Shown here: one piece after another, positions 45,887-59,340 of the stretch | How the letters are laid out: every line of letters starts with the position of its first letter | How positions within the stretch are numbered: the stretch's first letter is position 1 | From: Okamejei kenojei | Taxonomy: Eukaryota | Assembly: GCA_035221665.1 (NCBI GenBank) | Contig: CM069133.1 | Span: forward strand, 97,836,001 to 97,900,000 | DNA length: 64,000 nt | Reading direction: 5' to 3' | The notes under the pieces: generated by a model | Database searches by the model: none | What the model was told of the DNA's origin: nothing | What the model saw: only the letters and a program-made list of their open reading frames with translations | Program-made: the position numbers and the translations under genes

Positions 45887-48800
45887 AAGAAATAGAATAA
45901 AATAGTTTCTTTATTGTCATTGTAACATGAACCAAGTACAACAAAATTAAAAAAATGTCAGCCAGTCAGTGCACCATTCAAACATTTCTAAAAGCTAACG
46001 ATACATACAAGGTAAATATTAAAAAAGATAAACAACTAAAATAAATATGAAAATAGCATGCATAAACACCCAACCCTACATCCTTCTGTGGATTTCACAG
46101 TGTACCAACCACAGTCCCTTAGTCCCTGCGGTCCTTGGCGGCTACATTTAGTGCCTTTATAGCAGTGGGGTAAAAACTGTTTTTAAGTCTGTTTGTCCTT
46201 GTCCTTGTAGATCTGTACCGTCTGCCTGACGGCAACAGTTCAAACAGGGAGTGTCCGGGGTGGGAAATGTCCTTTATAATATTCTGGGATTTTTTGATGC
46301 AGCGGGAACTGTGTAAATCTTCCAAGGTAGGGAGAGGGCAGACGACAATCCTCTGGGCGTTGTCAATGGCCCTCTGGAGCGCTTTCCTCTGAACCGCTGT
46401 GCAGCTGGTGTACCACACGCATACACAGTATGTTAGGATGCTCTCAATGGAGCACCGATAAAAGGACAGCAGCAGTCTCTGAGTGATGTTATTCTTCCTG
46501 AGCACCCTCAGGAAGAGCAGTCTCTGCTGGACCTTTTTCAGCAGCGCAGAAGTGTTCACGCTCCACGTCAGGTCCTCCTCAATATGGATTCCCAGGAAGC
46601 GGAAATCCGCCACCCTCTCCACACAGTCCCCTCTGATGATCAGTGGTACCATGTCCGTTTTGTTCTTCCTGAAGTCTATTATTATCTGCTTGGTCTTTAA
46701 GGTGTTGAGGAGCAGGTTATTTTCACACCACACTATCAGCTGTTCCGCCTCATCCCGATAGGCATACTCGTCCCCCCCGGAGATGAGCCCCACCACTGTA
46801 GCGTCATCCGCAAATTTGACAATGGTGTTACTGTGGTGGGTGGGGGTGCAGTCATGTGTGTAGATGGTGTAGAGCAGGGGGCTCAGCACACAGCCCTGTG
46901 GAGAGCCGGTACTGAGGCTGAGGGCCGTGGATGTGTGATGGCCCACTCTGACTCTCTGGCTGCGACCCGATAGGAAGCTATTTATCCACATGCAGGTGGA
47001 GTGTGGAAGTCCCAAGTCCCCCAGTTGTCCACCAGTTTGTGGGGAAGGATAATATTAAAAGCAGAGCTATAGTCCACAAAGAGCATCCGCACATAGCTCC
47101 CCCGCTGCTCCAGGTGGGACAGTGCAGCATGGAGAGCTGTGGTTACAGCATCCTCCGTAGATCTATTCGCTCTGTACGCAAACTGGTGGGGGTCAAAGCT
47201 TCAGGGCAGGAGTGATGTGATGTGACCCCGGACCAGTTTTTCAAAACACTTCATCACCACTGGTGTGAGTGCGACTGGCCGGTAGTCGTTGAGGCTGGAA
47301 ATGTGGGGTTTTTTGGGCAAGGGGACTATGGTTGCGGACTTCAGACAGGGTGGAACAGTGGACTGGGCCAGAGACTGGTTAAAAATCCTCGTGAGGACTC
47401 CAGCCAGCTGGTCTGCGCAGTCCTTCAGCACGCGTCCAGAGACGCCGTCGGGTCCAGCAGCCTTCCTCGGATTGATGGCCCGCAGCGTGCGCCTCACCTC
47501 ATGCTCCTCTATCTTGAGGGTTAGGCTGCTGTGGACCATGTGGTGTGATGTGGCTGTCTCGGGTGGCTCCACTTCAAAGCGAGCAAAGAAGAGGTTCACC
47601 TCCTCTGCCAACGAGGCGTCACCTTCAGCAGCTCCAAGGTTTGTCATAGTTGGTGAGATACTGGATCCCCTGCCACACCTGCCTGCTGTTGTTACTGTCC
47701 AGGTGGTCCTCTATCTTCCTCCTGTAGTCTGACTTGGCCTCTCTGATGCCTCTCTTCAGGCTAGCTTGGGCCGTGCTGTATAAAGCTCTATCGCCAGACC
47801 TAAAAGCGGTGTTGCTCTCTATTAACAGCTGCTGGACCTCCCGGGTCATCCAGGGCTTCTGGTTGGGATAGACCCTGATGCGTTTGTCCACTGTGACCAT
47901 GTCCATGCAGTTTTTAATGTAACACAGTACACCGTCTGTGAACAACTCCAGGTCCCAGTGTTCAAACACATCCCAGTTGGTCCTGTCGAGGCAGTCCTGC
48001 AGCTGCTGAGATGCACCATCAGGCCAGGTTGTGATGGTCTTTGTGATGGGAGAAGCGGTTTCCCTGAGGGGGGCATATGCAGGAATTAAAAGCAGGGACA
48101 TATGGTCCGACTGACCCAGGTGAGGTAATGGTCTAGCCCTGTAGCCCAGCTTGATGTTGGAGTAGACCTTGTCCAGTGTGTTAGCTCCTCTTGTAGCACA
48201 TTTAACATGCTGGTAGAATTTTGGGAGCATTTTCTTCAAGTCCGCGTGATTAAAGTCCCCTGCTATGATGTGAACACCGTCCGGATATATGCTCTGTTGA
48301 CTACTATTGCTACTGTACAAATATCCGATAGCCGAGTTAGCATTAGCATCCGGTGGTATGTACACAGCAGTTATCATGACAACAGTAGACTCTCTAGGGA
48401 GATAAATGGGCCTGCATTTAACAGTCACATACTCCAGGTCCGGGGAGCAGTGGCTGTCCACAATCACTGTGTTTGTACACCAGGTGTTGTTCACGTACAC
48501 ACAGAGCCCTCCTCCTCTGCTCTTACCAGAGTCACTTGTCCTGTCATGACGCTGTGCGGTGTAGCCTGCTAGCTCGATAGCAGAGTCCGGAATGGATGAA
48601 TGAAGCCAGGTCTCCATGATCAACAGGATACAGCTGTCCTTCACGGCGTTGTTAGCTGCAGTCTGTAGCCTCAGTTCATCCATCTTCTTAGCCAGGGATC
48701 TTGCGTTCGTGAGAAACAGGCCGGGTAGCGGTGGTTTCAGTGGCTGCCTCCGTAGCCTGGCCAACGCGCCGGCCCTGCAGCCTCGCTTTTGCCTTCTCTC

Positions 48801-49077
48801 TCTGCGCCGTCTTCGCCTCCTCCCCGCGGGGATGGTAATCCACGGAGAGTCGGGGCTCCTCGCTATGTCCGCCGGGATCTTGTATGAGCGGACAAACTCG
48901 GCGTTAACCCCCCGTTCGCGACCGGCTCCAATCCTAAGAAGATCCTGACGGCCGTAGATCCTGTCCGCCCGACAGTAAGTACACAGGGCACAAAACAACA
49001 CGCACACATACACAAAAAACACGAAGCACTGACCGAGAGAACATCGAGCAGCTGCAACTGTGTGCGCCGCCATTTGC
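45887..49077 (-). mobile_element. Essentially full-length Rex1/Babar LINE with few frameshifts
   Basis: A 484-aa ORF holds an Arg-rich N-terminus and APE (ETWL, AGDFN, LDKVY, SDH). RT ORFs contain [16 protein letters not shown] and KFADD. The tail is (TTCTA)-like. Confidence 0.92.
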
Positions 49078-49171
49078 AAAGAGTCAAAGGATAGTTGTGA
49101 GGGGGTTGCTCTTCTGATTGGAGATGTGTGAGCAATGATTTGGCACTGGTGCTGGGTCCACTATTGTCTGT

Positions 49172-49751
49172 ACATAGATACATAGACAATTGGTGCAGGA
49201 TTAGGCCATTCGGCCCTTTGAGCCAGCACCGCCATTCAATGTGATCATGGCTGATCATCCACAATCAGTACCCCATTCCTGTCTTCTCCCCATACCCCTT
49301 GATTCCACTAGCCCTAAGAACTCTATCTAACAATCATTCGAATGCATCCAGTGAATCGCGGCAACGAATTCCACAAATTCACAACTCTCTGTGTGAAAAC
49401 TTTTTTCCTCATCTCAGTTCTAAATGGCCTACCCCTTAATCTGAAACTGTGGCCCCTGATTCTCCCCCAACATCGGGAACATGTTTCCTGCATCTAGCAT
49501 GTCCAATCCCTTAATAATTGTGTATGTTTCTATAAGATCCCCTCTCATCCTTCTAAATTCCAGTGAATACAAGCCCAGTCGCCCAGTCTTTCATCATATG
49601 ACAGTCCCGCCATCCCGAGAATTAACCTGGTGAACCTACGCTGCACTCCCTCAATAGTAAGAATGTCCTTCCTCAAATTAAGAGACCAAAACTGCACACA
49701 ATGCTCCAGGTATTGATCTCACCAGGGCCCTGTACAACTGCAGAAGGACCT
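49172..49751 (-). mobile_element. Older CR1/HER1 3' fragment (resumes at about 50411)
   Basis: HER1 3' UTR and tail; the host continues as GACCTCTTTGCTCC after the insertion. Confidence 0.8.
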
Positions 49752-50410
49752 GCGAATGGTATGTTAGCTTTCATAGCAAAAGGATTTGAGTACAGGAGCA
49801 GGGAGGTTCTACTTCAGTTGTACAGGGTCTTGGTGAGACCACACCTGGAGTATTGCGTACAGTTTTGGTCTCCAAATCTGAGGAAGGACATTATTGCCAT
49901 AGAGGGAGTGCAGAGAAGGTTCACCAGACTGATTCCTGGGATGTCAGGACTGTCTTATGAAGAAAGACTGGATAGACTCGGTTTATACTCTCTGGAATTT
50001 AGGAGATTGAGAGGGGATCTTATAGAAACTTACAAAATTCTTAAGGGGTTGGACAGGCTAGATGCAGGAAGATTGTTCCCGATGTTGGGGAAGTCCAGGA
50101 CAAGGGGTCACAGCTTAAGGATAAGGAGGAAATCCTTTAAGACCGAGATGAGAAAGACTTTTTTCACACAGAGAGTGGTGAGTCTCTGGAACTCTCTGCC
50201 ACAGAGGGTAGTTGAGGCCAGTTCATTGGCTATATTTAAGAGTGAGTTGGATGTGGCCCTTGTGGCTAAGGGGATCAGAGGGTATGGAGAGAAGGCAGGT
50301 ACGGGATACTGAGTTGGATGATCAGCCATGATCATATTGAATGGCGGTGCAGGCTCGAAGGGCTGAATGGCCTACTCCTGCACCTAATTTCTATGTTTCT
50401 ATGTTTCTAT
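49752..50410 (+). mobile_element. Young 5'-truncated CR1/HER1 LINE
   Basis: Near-identical to 9085-9727; GACCT is duplicated at 49747-49751 and 50411-50415. Confidence 0.92.
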
Positions 50411-50549
50411 GACCTCTTTGCTCCTATGCTCCTATATGAAGGCCAATATGCCATTAGCTTTCTTGTCTGCCTGCTGTACCTGAATGCTTTACTTTCAGTG
50501 GCTACATTGTGATCCATTGATGAATTGTTGTGTAAAGCCAGGGCAGTGT

Positions 50550-51040
50550 AAAGGCAGAAAGGGTACAGAAAAGATTTATGAGTATGTTGCCAGGACTAGA
50601 TGGTCTGAGCAATAGGGAGAGGTTGAGTAGGCTGGGACTCTATTCCCTGGAGAGCAGGAGGATGAGGGGTGATCTTTACAAGGTGTATAAAATCATGAGA
50701 GGAATAAATTGGGAAACACAGAGTTTCTTGCCCAGAGTAGGTGAATCGAGGGCCAGAGGACACAGAGGTTTAAGGTGAAGGGGAAAAGATTTAATCGGAA
50801 TCTGAGTGGTAACTTTTTCACATAAAGGGTGGTGGGTGTATGGAACAATCTGCCAGAGGAGGTGGTTAAAGCTGAGACTATCACAATGTGCAAGAAACAG
50901 TTAGACAGATACATGGATAGGACAGGTTTGGAGGCATATGGACCAAACGCAGCCAGGTGAGAGTAGTGTAGCTGGGACATGTTGGCTGGTGTGGACAAGT
51001 TGGGCCAAAGGGCCTGTTTCCACACTGTATCATTCTATGA
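50550..51040 (+). mobile_element. CR1 3' fragment
   Basis: [20 protein letters not shown] and a gggcctgtttccacactgtat tail. Confidence 0.8.
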
Positions 51041-53392
51041 CTAATCCAAATGGATATTATTTTACAATCAGTATTACACTGAAAGCAACCAAAAAGAATG
51101 GTTACAAAATATGCTTTAGAAGAACACTTCAAGAGAAAAACACCCAGGAATTGTTTCATTCCAGTTATGCATAGAAAACCATACTCGTTAGTGTTCATAC
51201 GGTAGAAATTGTCTATTACTTTGATGAACCAACTTCAATTGATTTATAATTTTTGTGATGATAGACAAGATTTCAATCTAGGTTTATCATTAAAATATAG
51301 GACTCTTGTTTGTATTGAAGTTGACCTCCCACGGAAACTATTATTTATCATAACTTCAGCAACATGTGAAAAATTGATGTCAGGGACCCCTGTTACTCTG
51401 TATGCAATGTTGCAATATGTACAATTTCAATGTATCCAAATTTGACTGCTTTGCCTTTAAAATGAACATACATTGATGCTGAACAAAGTATTTCTTCCCA
51501 ATGATAATACTTTGATTTAAAATAATTTTGCCCATCTCCTCTATTAGATCATTCTATCCTTAAAAGGAAAACAATTTTTATTATGTGGAAATATTTGATT
51601 ATACATGCCAATTGTGTTGTCAATAATGAATACTTCATAATAACCTGACATATAAATTTATTGATAAAGAAGTATATATTATATTTGTATAAAGTGACCT
51701 ATTTCCTACTCAGACTGAGGTTGAAAATCTCCAAGCTTTGCACTGAGCGTTACCAACAGGTAACATATTCCCAACTTATTTTATTCCCATGGGCGCAAAA
51801 TTACATAGTAATTGCACAATATCCAGGGTATTAGTCATTAAAATAAAGTAACATACCATGATTTTCAGGTTTGTACAACATAAACAAAGGAGCATAATGA
51901 ATCACTTTGGTATCTAAATCATCAAAAATAATAACCTAATAAAACATGGAGTTGGTTTTAGTTCTGAGTTATCAGGAAATTGATTTTTCATTAAATTTAA
52001 TTGGGAAATAAAAATGGAATCTGCTATTCAAATTGGATACAAACTCTAATTTGCACTTTAAATTTAAAAATTGTGTTTTAAGTAAAACCTTGTATCCAAA
52101 ATATTTCTAAAAAGAAACATTAAACTAAAACCAAATACTTTTAAGCAAATAATTTGCCTTACATCTCGCTTTCTAATCCAAAGCCCTACAATCCTCATGG
52201 AAAAGGTTTTGGCTCCTGCACCGTCTAACCTGGAGCAGCATCCAAGAAGCAATTTCTAGGAAAGATGTTTGGAAATCTCAGAAAGGCCAGTCACTGCTCC
52301 TACCTCCCATGTGGTGACCAGTGGTGCAATATCCTGACCGAATGTGTCAATATGCATGAAAGTTAAATTTATGCCAGTGTATATACAGACATTCTCAACT
52401 TATTACAAGTTAAGCAGTAAGTAATGTCACTATTTCTGTTCCCACTGACATTAATCAATGAGATAGATCATATCAGGTCTTTGAGAGCAAAAAAGATTAT
52501 GCTCCGTGCATGCCAATGCCAAACCACTTGTTAGAAACAATTGTACATAAAGTTCAGAAGGGGGAAATATAAGCTGCAGGAAATATTGAACCGTTTGCAT
52601 TTGATTTATTCATAAAAATAAACTAGCCTTTTTGCAGCCATTTCTCTTGCATCAAGGAAAATAGAGGGGGGAAAGTTAACATTCTTGCATCCTTAATCAT
52701 TTCACAGAAGAACCTCTGCTGACAATATTGTGATAGTAAAATATTGAAGCTAGAAGTGGCTTCTAATTAAGTACATCATGCAGGCAAATTGTTTTAGTTG
52801 TATTGATATGTTGTGCTTGAATGTCAATTTGATCTGAGAATAAAGCAGGTTCTCTGGCTCCTGTCATTCCTCATAATTTCATAACAGCAAAAGGCATATT
52901 GGAAAAATCTGTGATAAACTATATTGCTTTGCAGAACATAAAACTTTTGACATTTTTCATGATGCAGCATTTTCTAAATTATATTGTCACAAGAGGAAGA
53001 TTACTGCTCACAAATAATGACAACTTCAATCCCAACATGGGAGAACGAACATTATGAACTGGCTAAAACTCTTCAATACAAGTGAATACATGCATTCAAA
53101 CAAACAAGAACATACAGGCACACCTTTGGAGACAAAAATAAAATAAAGTGGAGGCTATCTAAAGTTGATCAATTTAATATTAAGTTCCAAGGCCTAACAT
53201 CAAAACCAGAAAAGTCAGAAAGGAAGCTTATCTAAATGGACTCAAAACATCAGTTCTGTTTCTCTCCATTGCGGTTCTGACATTTTCTGCTTTTGATTTG
53301 GATTTCCAGCATCTGCAGCTGCTTGTCCTGTCACTCCATCGTAAATGTTGCCAACAGGGACAGATTTCTCAAAATTATTTATTTTTTATTAA

Positions 53393-54260
53393 TATAGAAC
53401 AAGATCATGTGGCCCATCCTGTCCATTCCAATCAAAAATAGCTCTCCAATCTAATCCCAACTTTCAGTCCATGGCTCAATGCCGTGTATGCCATAAATCT
53501 TCAAGTACATAACCAAGTATTATTTAAATGCAATGTTTTTCCTTCCACCATCCTTGCAAATTTCACACTGTTACGACCTTCGAGGTAAAAAAGCATTCCT
53601 CATCTCCAGTGTAATCCTTTTATTGAATACTTTTCAAATCAGGTCGGGGAGAGTTCCCCCTACCATGGGTACCATGTGATCCCGTGCTACCTGCTCCATG
53701 GTCGGATAGTCGGCGACTAAACTGTCTCCCCCACCTGGTTTGACAGGTGAGGAGGGGGCTGTGGACCCCCAGCAGGACCAAAAACAAGACCTGTCAAAGG
53801 GCAGATGAGCATATAGTGAGCCAACGGCCATCCACACTTCAGTAGAAGTTGCGATCGCTGTCGTACATAGCATTGTAAGGAATGATGATAAAGCACACAC
53901 ACCAAAATCTTATACTTCCAGCGGCGGAAGTCCGCAGGAACTGGAGGACATAGATGTGTGGTGCGTCCATCACCATTCCCATCGGAAACCAGCACCACTG
54001 CGTTGCTAATATTTTCAATGATGAATACTTTAAATTTATATTCCCAGGTTTTTGATCCTCCCGCAAAATACACCTCAATTAAATCTCCCCTCGGCCTTCT
54101 CTGTTGCCTAGCTTATCCAACCTTTCTTCGTGGTTATAATTTTCCAGTATAGCAATATATTCGTAAACCTCAAGTACACTTTCTCCAGTGTGATCTTGTT
54201 TTTCCAATAGGAAGATAAATAAGATTAAACAAAGCTGTAGGTATTGGTCCTGCTTTAACA
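53393..54260 (-). mobile_element. Ancient CR1 remnant split by a 388-bp insertion
   Basis: EERLDKLG...RGE-like coding and a CR1 3' tail near 53393. Confidence 0.55.
53634..54021 (+). mobile_element. Short unclassified retroposon, possibly RTE-related
   Basis: TGAATACTTT is duplicated at 53624-53633 and 54022-54031. The element ends in a short ATGATGA tail and is GC-richer than its flanks. Confidence 0.5.
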
Positions 54261-56362
54261 CTTTCTCATCATCTTACTCATTATGTAGGCACATATGTAT
54301 CAAGGAGAAGAGGCGAAGAGGTGCTCAAAAACAGCCGAAATCAAATTAAATGGAATTGTTGCTTTCTCTGCAAAGCAGCATATCTAACATACATTAATTA
54401 CATGAGGAGCGTCTTAATTAAACAGCAAAAAATAAATAAAGACAAATACATTTAATAAAAACATAAAACAGAATAGAACTTAATAGAAATGGATAGATAA
54501 ATACACCATTCAAATACTTTACACAATTACTTTTGCTACTGACATGTATTACTTTAATGACTATAACTCAATTGGACAGTTTGATGGATTTCTCCATTGT
54601 TGTATATCTTTTATCCACGTGAAGCACAGAGGGGGCTTTTTGCATCTGAAGCATGGAAATAATGAGGTTTTTGCAGAAACCCATAAAAAGGCAGGGCAAT
54701 CTGGATTTCAATCCATCATACATTTTATGGCATTTCACATTATTTACAATGTTTGCAAATTTTTAAGCGCAGTTTTAAACCTTTTGTCATAAACCATTAA
54801 ATAATTAAAAAACACTTCATTGGTCTATCAAGGGCAAATTAGTTAGATTAAGGAATTTTTAATTAAGTTTTATGTGGATTATTCTGCACAATATTATAAA
54901 ATTAAATGTTTTGGAGGATTATATTATATTGTTGGTATTGGTGAACTGGATACAGTTACAAAGATTCGTACTGTAATTCTTGGCCTTCACTCTAATAAGA
55001 AGCAGGAAATAATATACTGTGACACCACCTCTAAACATTCCAACCTGATGCTCAATGACAAATCAATACAATTTAAGCAGGTATTTAGCTTAGATAGAAC
55101 ATTTCAATGGGCGAAATATTTTGCAAGGATGCATAACCACTACACGGGATAAGGAACAATGGAAGTGTTGAGGTTATGCATCCTTGACAAGTAGGAATGG
55201 CCAGGCAACCACACAAACATTCTTTGCGATTGAATAAGATCTTGGCCTCAACACTACCATCTTCTTTTCCCATACGGTATTATTCCCCTGCAGCGTAAAT
55301 GTACATCAATTTGATAATTTTACATGAAGTGCAAGTAATAATCAGCTAAGTAATGTTAAATGTAAAAAAGAATTCAACAAAAAATGGAGGAATTTTAATT
55401 ATGTTTTACGTGGATTATTCTGCATAAAATTATAAAAAAACAAAACTGTTTTTTGAAACTATATTATACTGTTGGTATCAGTATACTGCAAATTTTTGAC
55501 ATGGTTACAAAGATTTGTGCTGTTATTCTTGGCAATCTGAGATGTTACCGTAGAAAGCTGCCTGAAACTCGCATCTAATCATCTTCCTTACCATCTAAAA
55601 CCCCTGTCTCACGGTGCGAGTTGACCCACGAGTGATCCCGAGTTTTCACTCGCGGTAATCACGTACAATTAACGTAGCGGGAACGTCGGAACTCGCGCGC
55701 GCAACTTAGTGACTCGTGGCGCTAACGGCAGGTATCTGTGAAACTTGTTAACTCGTGAAAAAATTCAAACATGTTTGAGGTTTTCCACGAGTCAAATTTA
55801 CTGTTCAAGTTAAAAATTGAAACATTTAAACTCGTTGTAATAACGTAGTGGCCCATGCGTTTACCTTAGTGATTCATGAGTCTACCATGGGCACTCTTCA
55901 ACTCAGCGGGTAGGCAGCATCTCTGGAGAGAAGGAATGGGTGACGGGATGACATTTCCAAAATTCTCCTGCACCATGTGTTCTCTTTTTGTCAACCAGCA
56001 TCTGCCCTTTCTTGTGTATGACATTATTTGTATCCGTGGCAGGTGATTGTCGCTCCCTTCAGTTTCCCAGGGGGTCGGGACAGGACTGGAGTTGGGAGGG
56101 AAAGGTGGGGGGAAGGGGGTGGGTAGTGTTTCACTAAATGGTTTAAAAAAACTTTAAGTTATAGATTATGGACAATTTAAGTTGAGTATGGACAAATGCA
56201 ACGAACCACACTACATTATTCTTGAATAGATAACTTTGAATTCGTGATTTTAAAAAAAGGAACCAACATCTACAGTGCCTTGTGTCTTGGCAATTCATGA
56301 TTCTCCACGCTGGGCAGAGAATGGGATTTGCAAGCGGCTAACTTCATTCTAAAACTTGGAAT

Positions 56363-56595
56363 GTCACATTGGCGGTGCAGCAGTAGAGTTGCTGCCATAC
56401 GGAGTTTGCACGTTCTCCCAGTGAACACGTAGATTTTTTCCGGGTGTTCCTGTTTCCTCCCACATTCCAAAGACGTGCAGGTTTGTATGTTAATTGTCGT
56501 CTGTAAATTGCCCCGCAGTGTGTAGGATAGAACTAGTGTCCAGGTGATTGTGGTCAGAAGGGCCTGTTTCCACACTGTATCTAAACTAAACTAAA
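56363..56595 (+). mobile_element. HE1-type tRNA-derived V-SINE, internally deleted
   Basis: Box-A-like head, V-domain core GGAGTTTGCACGTTCTCCC...TTTCCTCCCACATTCCAAAGAC, and a HER1-type tail with (CTAAA)n. Confidence 0.8.
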
Positions 56596-56599
56596 GGCC

Positions 56600-57090
56600 C
56601 TCAAGAAGAGTCCCGACCCGAAACGTCAACTATCCATTTTCTCCAGAGATGCTGGCTGACCCGTTGAGTTATTCCAACACTTTGTGACCTTTTGTGATAA
56701 GTTAATGCTTCAACCCTTTCTCGAGGAATGGAAATTAGGGGAAGCAATAGGAAATATGTTGCTTGGCATTTAAAATAAATAGATTAGTCAGTACAGTAAT
56801 TATTAAGTCAAAGTTACAGTTATGTAAGTGCAACTGCGGTAAAAGTGAGGAGAGGGGTGGGGTAATCAGGGGAACAAATGTATAATTAGCCGATCTGGAA
56901 AACGAGCAGAACGACTGAACGAGTGTTTCTTTGATGCCCAACACAAAATGCTGAAGTAACTTGGCGGGTCAGGCAGCAACTCTGGAGAGGAGGAATAGGT
57001 GACTTTTCGGGTCGTGATCCCTCTTCAGAAGACGAGCCCTTATCCGAAACGTCACCTATCCACGTTCTCCAGAGATGTTACCTGGCCCTT
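56600..57090. mobile_element. Penelope terminal repeat fragments (56600-56690; fold-back 56941-57090)
   Basis: CCCGAAACGTC motifs and inverted CTCTGGAGA / TCTCCAGAG arms. Confidence 0.6.
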
Positions 57091-58129
57091 GTTGATACTC
57101 CATCTAAAGCCTTGGGATCGTCGCCGACTTGAAGACGGTGCGATGCCCCCGTGCCCGGTGCAAAGGGCGGGGAGCTGGAGAGGGGAGGGAGGGAGTCACA
57201 CACATGGCCGGGAAGCCGAGGGGCGGGGGTGGGAGTGGCGATAGACAGGGCCAACAATGAGATGGAGAAAGACAGAAACACCGACGTGCAAAGGAGACCT
57301 ACAATAGCGCATGATCTCTCTTGCATTATGGCGGGTGATTGTCACCTGCCCGCTGATTCTGACCCTAAAGCCTTGGGATCGTTGCCCTTTGTGTTGGCGT
57401 GGAGGGGGAGGGGGAGGGGGGTATTGTGCTGTTTGATCGCCCCCTGCTATCCCAGGGACAGGGAGACACAGCGGCTTTTGAGACCAGTGGGCAATCACTA
57501 ACGAAGTGTCTGCCCACACAGTCAGTACACCTCTCCTACACATGTCTCCCATACTAAGATCATCCCGCAGAGAATGGATCCCAGCCTAACCCAAGTGCCT
57601 TGTCACCCCAGACCGATTAATGTCGCCCGTGCATCCCACCCCCATCCCCCCCCCCCCCCCCCCCCACCACCTCAACTTACACCTGGGCACTAAAGAAGCT
57701 CAGGAGGCGAACCCTGAGCTCCGTCTCCCAACAATCTGATGTGCAACTGATGTGAAAGAACAGCGGCTGCGGCCGGCCGGCTAGCACCCGGCATGGACTT
57801 CTCACACCCTCACACACTTACCTTCATTCACGGTTGGCTCAAGAGTAACGGGAGAGGAACATGGTAACTCGGGAGAGGAACTTGGAACATCGCAGAAATG
57901 ACATACCCGTGGGAACTCAGTTAAACACTTGAACATAAACTTGGAATCTCGTAACCACGAATCTGTTTTTTTTCTTTCACTTGGGGTCACTCGTGGGTGG
58001 ACTCGCACCGTGAGACAGGGCTTTAAATATGTTAAATGGCATAACATTGCTGTACTGATGCCATAAACAAGAAGTAAATTCACCAAAAAGTCTGACTCAA
58101 GGCATTCCATTCCTATTTATTTAATTTAT

Positions 58130-59340
58130 TCAGAGCATATCAACAGCACTGGCAATACCAGCACATATTTCATGTTTCCAATTATCTTTAGAATTGCAAC
58201 ATTTAGCAACAATGAAGGAATGGCTGAATATTTCCATTAGCATAGCAAGTAACTTGGAGGAGAACATGGATGTTCTCCAAAGCACCCAATGCTCTCATCC
58301 TTATTACGGTTGAGCTTGTGCCTATGAAAAGTGCTTCTGACAAGTTGCTTTCGCACATGTTGGAGTTGATATCCACTTCAGCTACGTGCAGATGTTGTGC
58401 AGCGAATGACGATTTAAGTTGGTAGATTCAGTTCCAATTGAGCAGCAACTTGGCCCAAAATGTTTTCAATCATATTGACTGCATTTTGAGCAATGCTCTG
58501 TCACTCAAGGGTACACAAAAGGCTAGAGAAACTAAGCGGGTGCAGCAGCATCTAAGCATCCAGCATCGCCGTTGCACTGGGCCCGCCGAAGATCACAGCC
58601 GCACCCGCCTCACCTTACATCGCAATGTCTACTCTGTCACTCAAGTTGTTAACCAATTCTTCATACATCTGATTTGCCTCATTTTTTACTGGGAAGCCTG
58701 TGGGGAAATCAGCAGTCAATCACTTGGTAGTCAGCCCCCTACTTGCTCCTGTAGCCGCAGTATTTATGTGTCTATTAATAATTTTCTGGTTAATGGTGGC
58801 AGCTAGGATTTTCACAATGGGAGATTTATTGACAGAAGTATCTTTCAATGTCAGAGGAATCTGGTTGGTCCCTATCTTGGTGAAGACGATCATGGCCTGG
58901 CACCAACGTTATGTGCCTCGGTATGCAATTGTCTGGGTGACGCTTGATGGTTTATTGCTTGAGGAATTGTGAATGAAACTGATCATTTTGCAATCATCAG
59001 CAAATATTCTTTGGAAATAAGGATATTTATGAAGTAACTGATGATAATGTGGTCAAGAATACTGCCCTGTGAAATTATTACATCGATGGCTTGAGGCTGG
59101 ATTGATTGACTTCCACTTGGATGTGACTATCTATGTTTTGTGCAGGGTATTATTCCAAGCAATTGAGAGATGTCCCCTGATCTCCATTGACTTTGATTGC
59201 ATTTGGACATTGGCCCGACACTCGGTCAAATGCTCAATACCAAGGACAATCTACCTCACATACCCTTTAAACTATAGTTCTCTTCTTCTTCATTTGGGCA
59301 ACCTCCAATAAAGCCTGGAGTTGTGATTGTAGTCCCCACC
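58130..59340 (-). mobile_element. Very old CR1/L2-like LINE remnant
   Basis: Degenerate FADD (atcagcaaa on the + strand) and FD-type RT traces. Confidence 0.4.

Larger units (their letters stand above)
55599..58023. mobile_element. PIF/Harbinger-like non-autonomous element with nested insertions
   Basis: TIRs of about 45 bp (CCCTGTCTCACGGTGCGAGT..ACCCACGAGTGA) and a TAA TSD at 55596-55598 and 58024-58026. Confidence 0.75.

Noticed and set aside
49172-50410. A single CR1 with a twin-priming 5' inversion
   Set aside because: Both arms have their own 3' tails and differ in sequence, and the host resumes after a GACCT duplication, so these are two insertions.
56363-56400. tRNA gene
   Set aside because: It is only a box-A-like SINE head, with no box B or cloverleaf.
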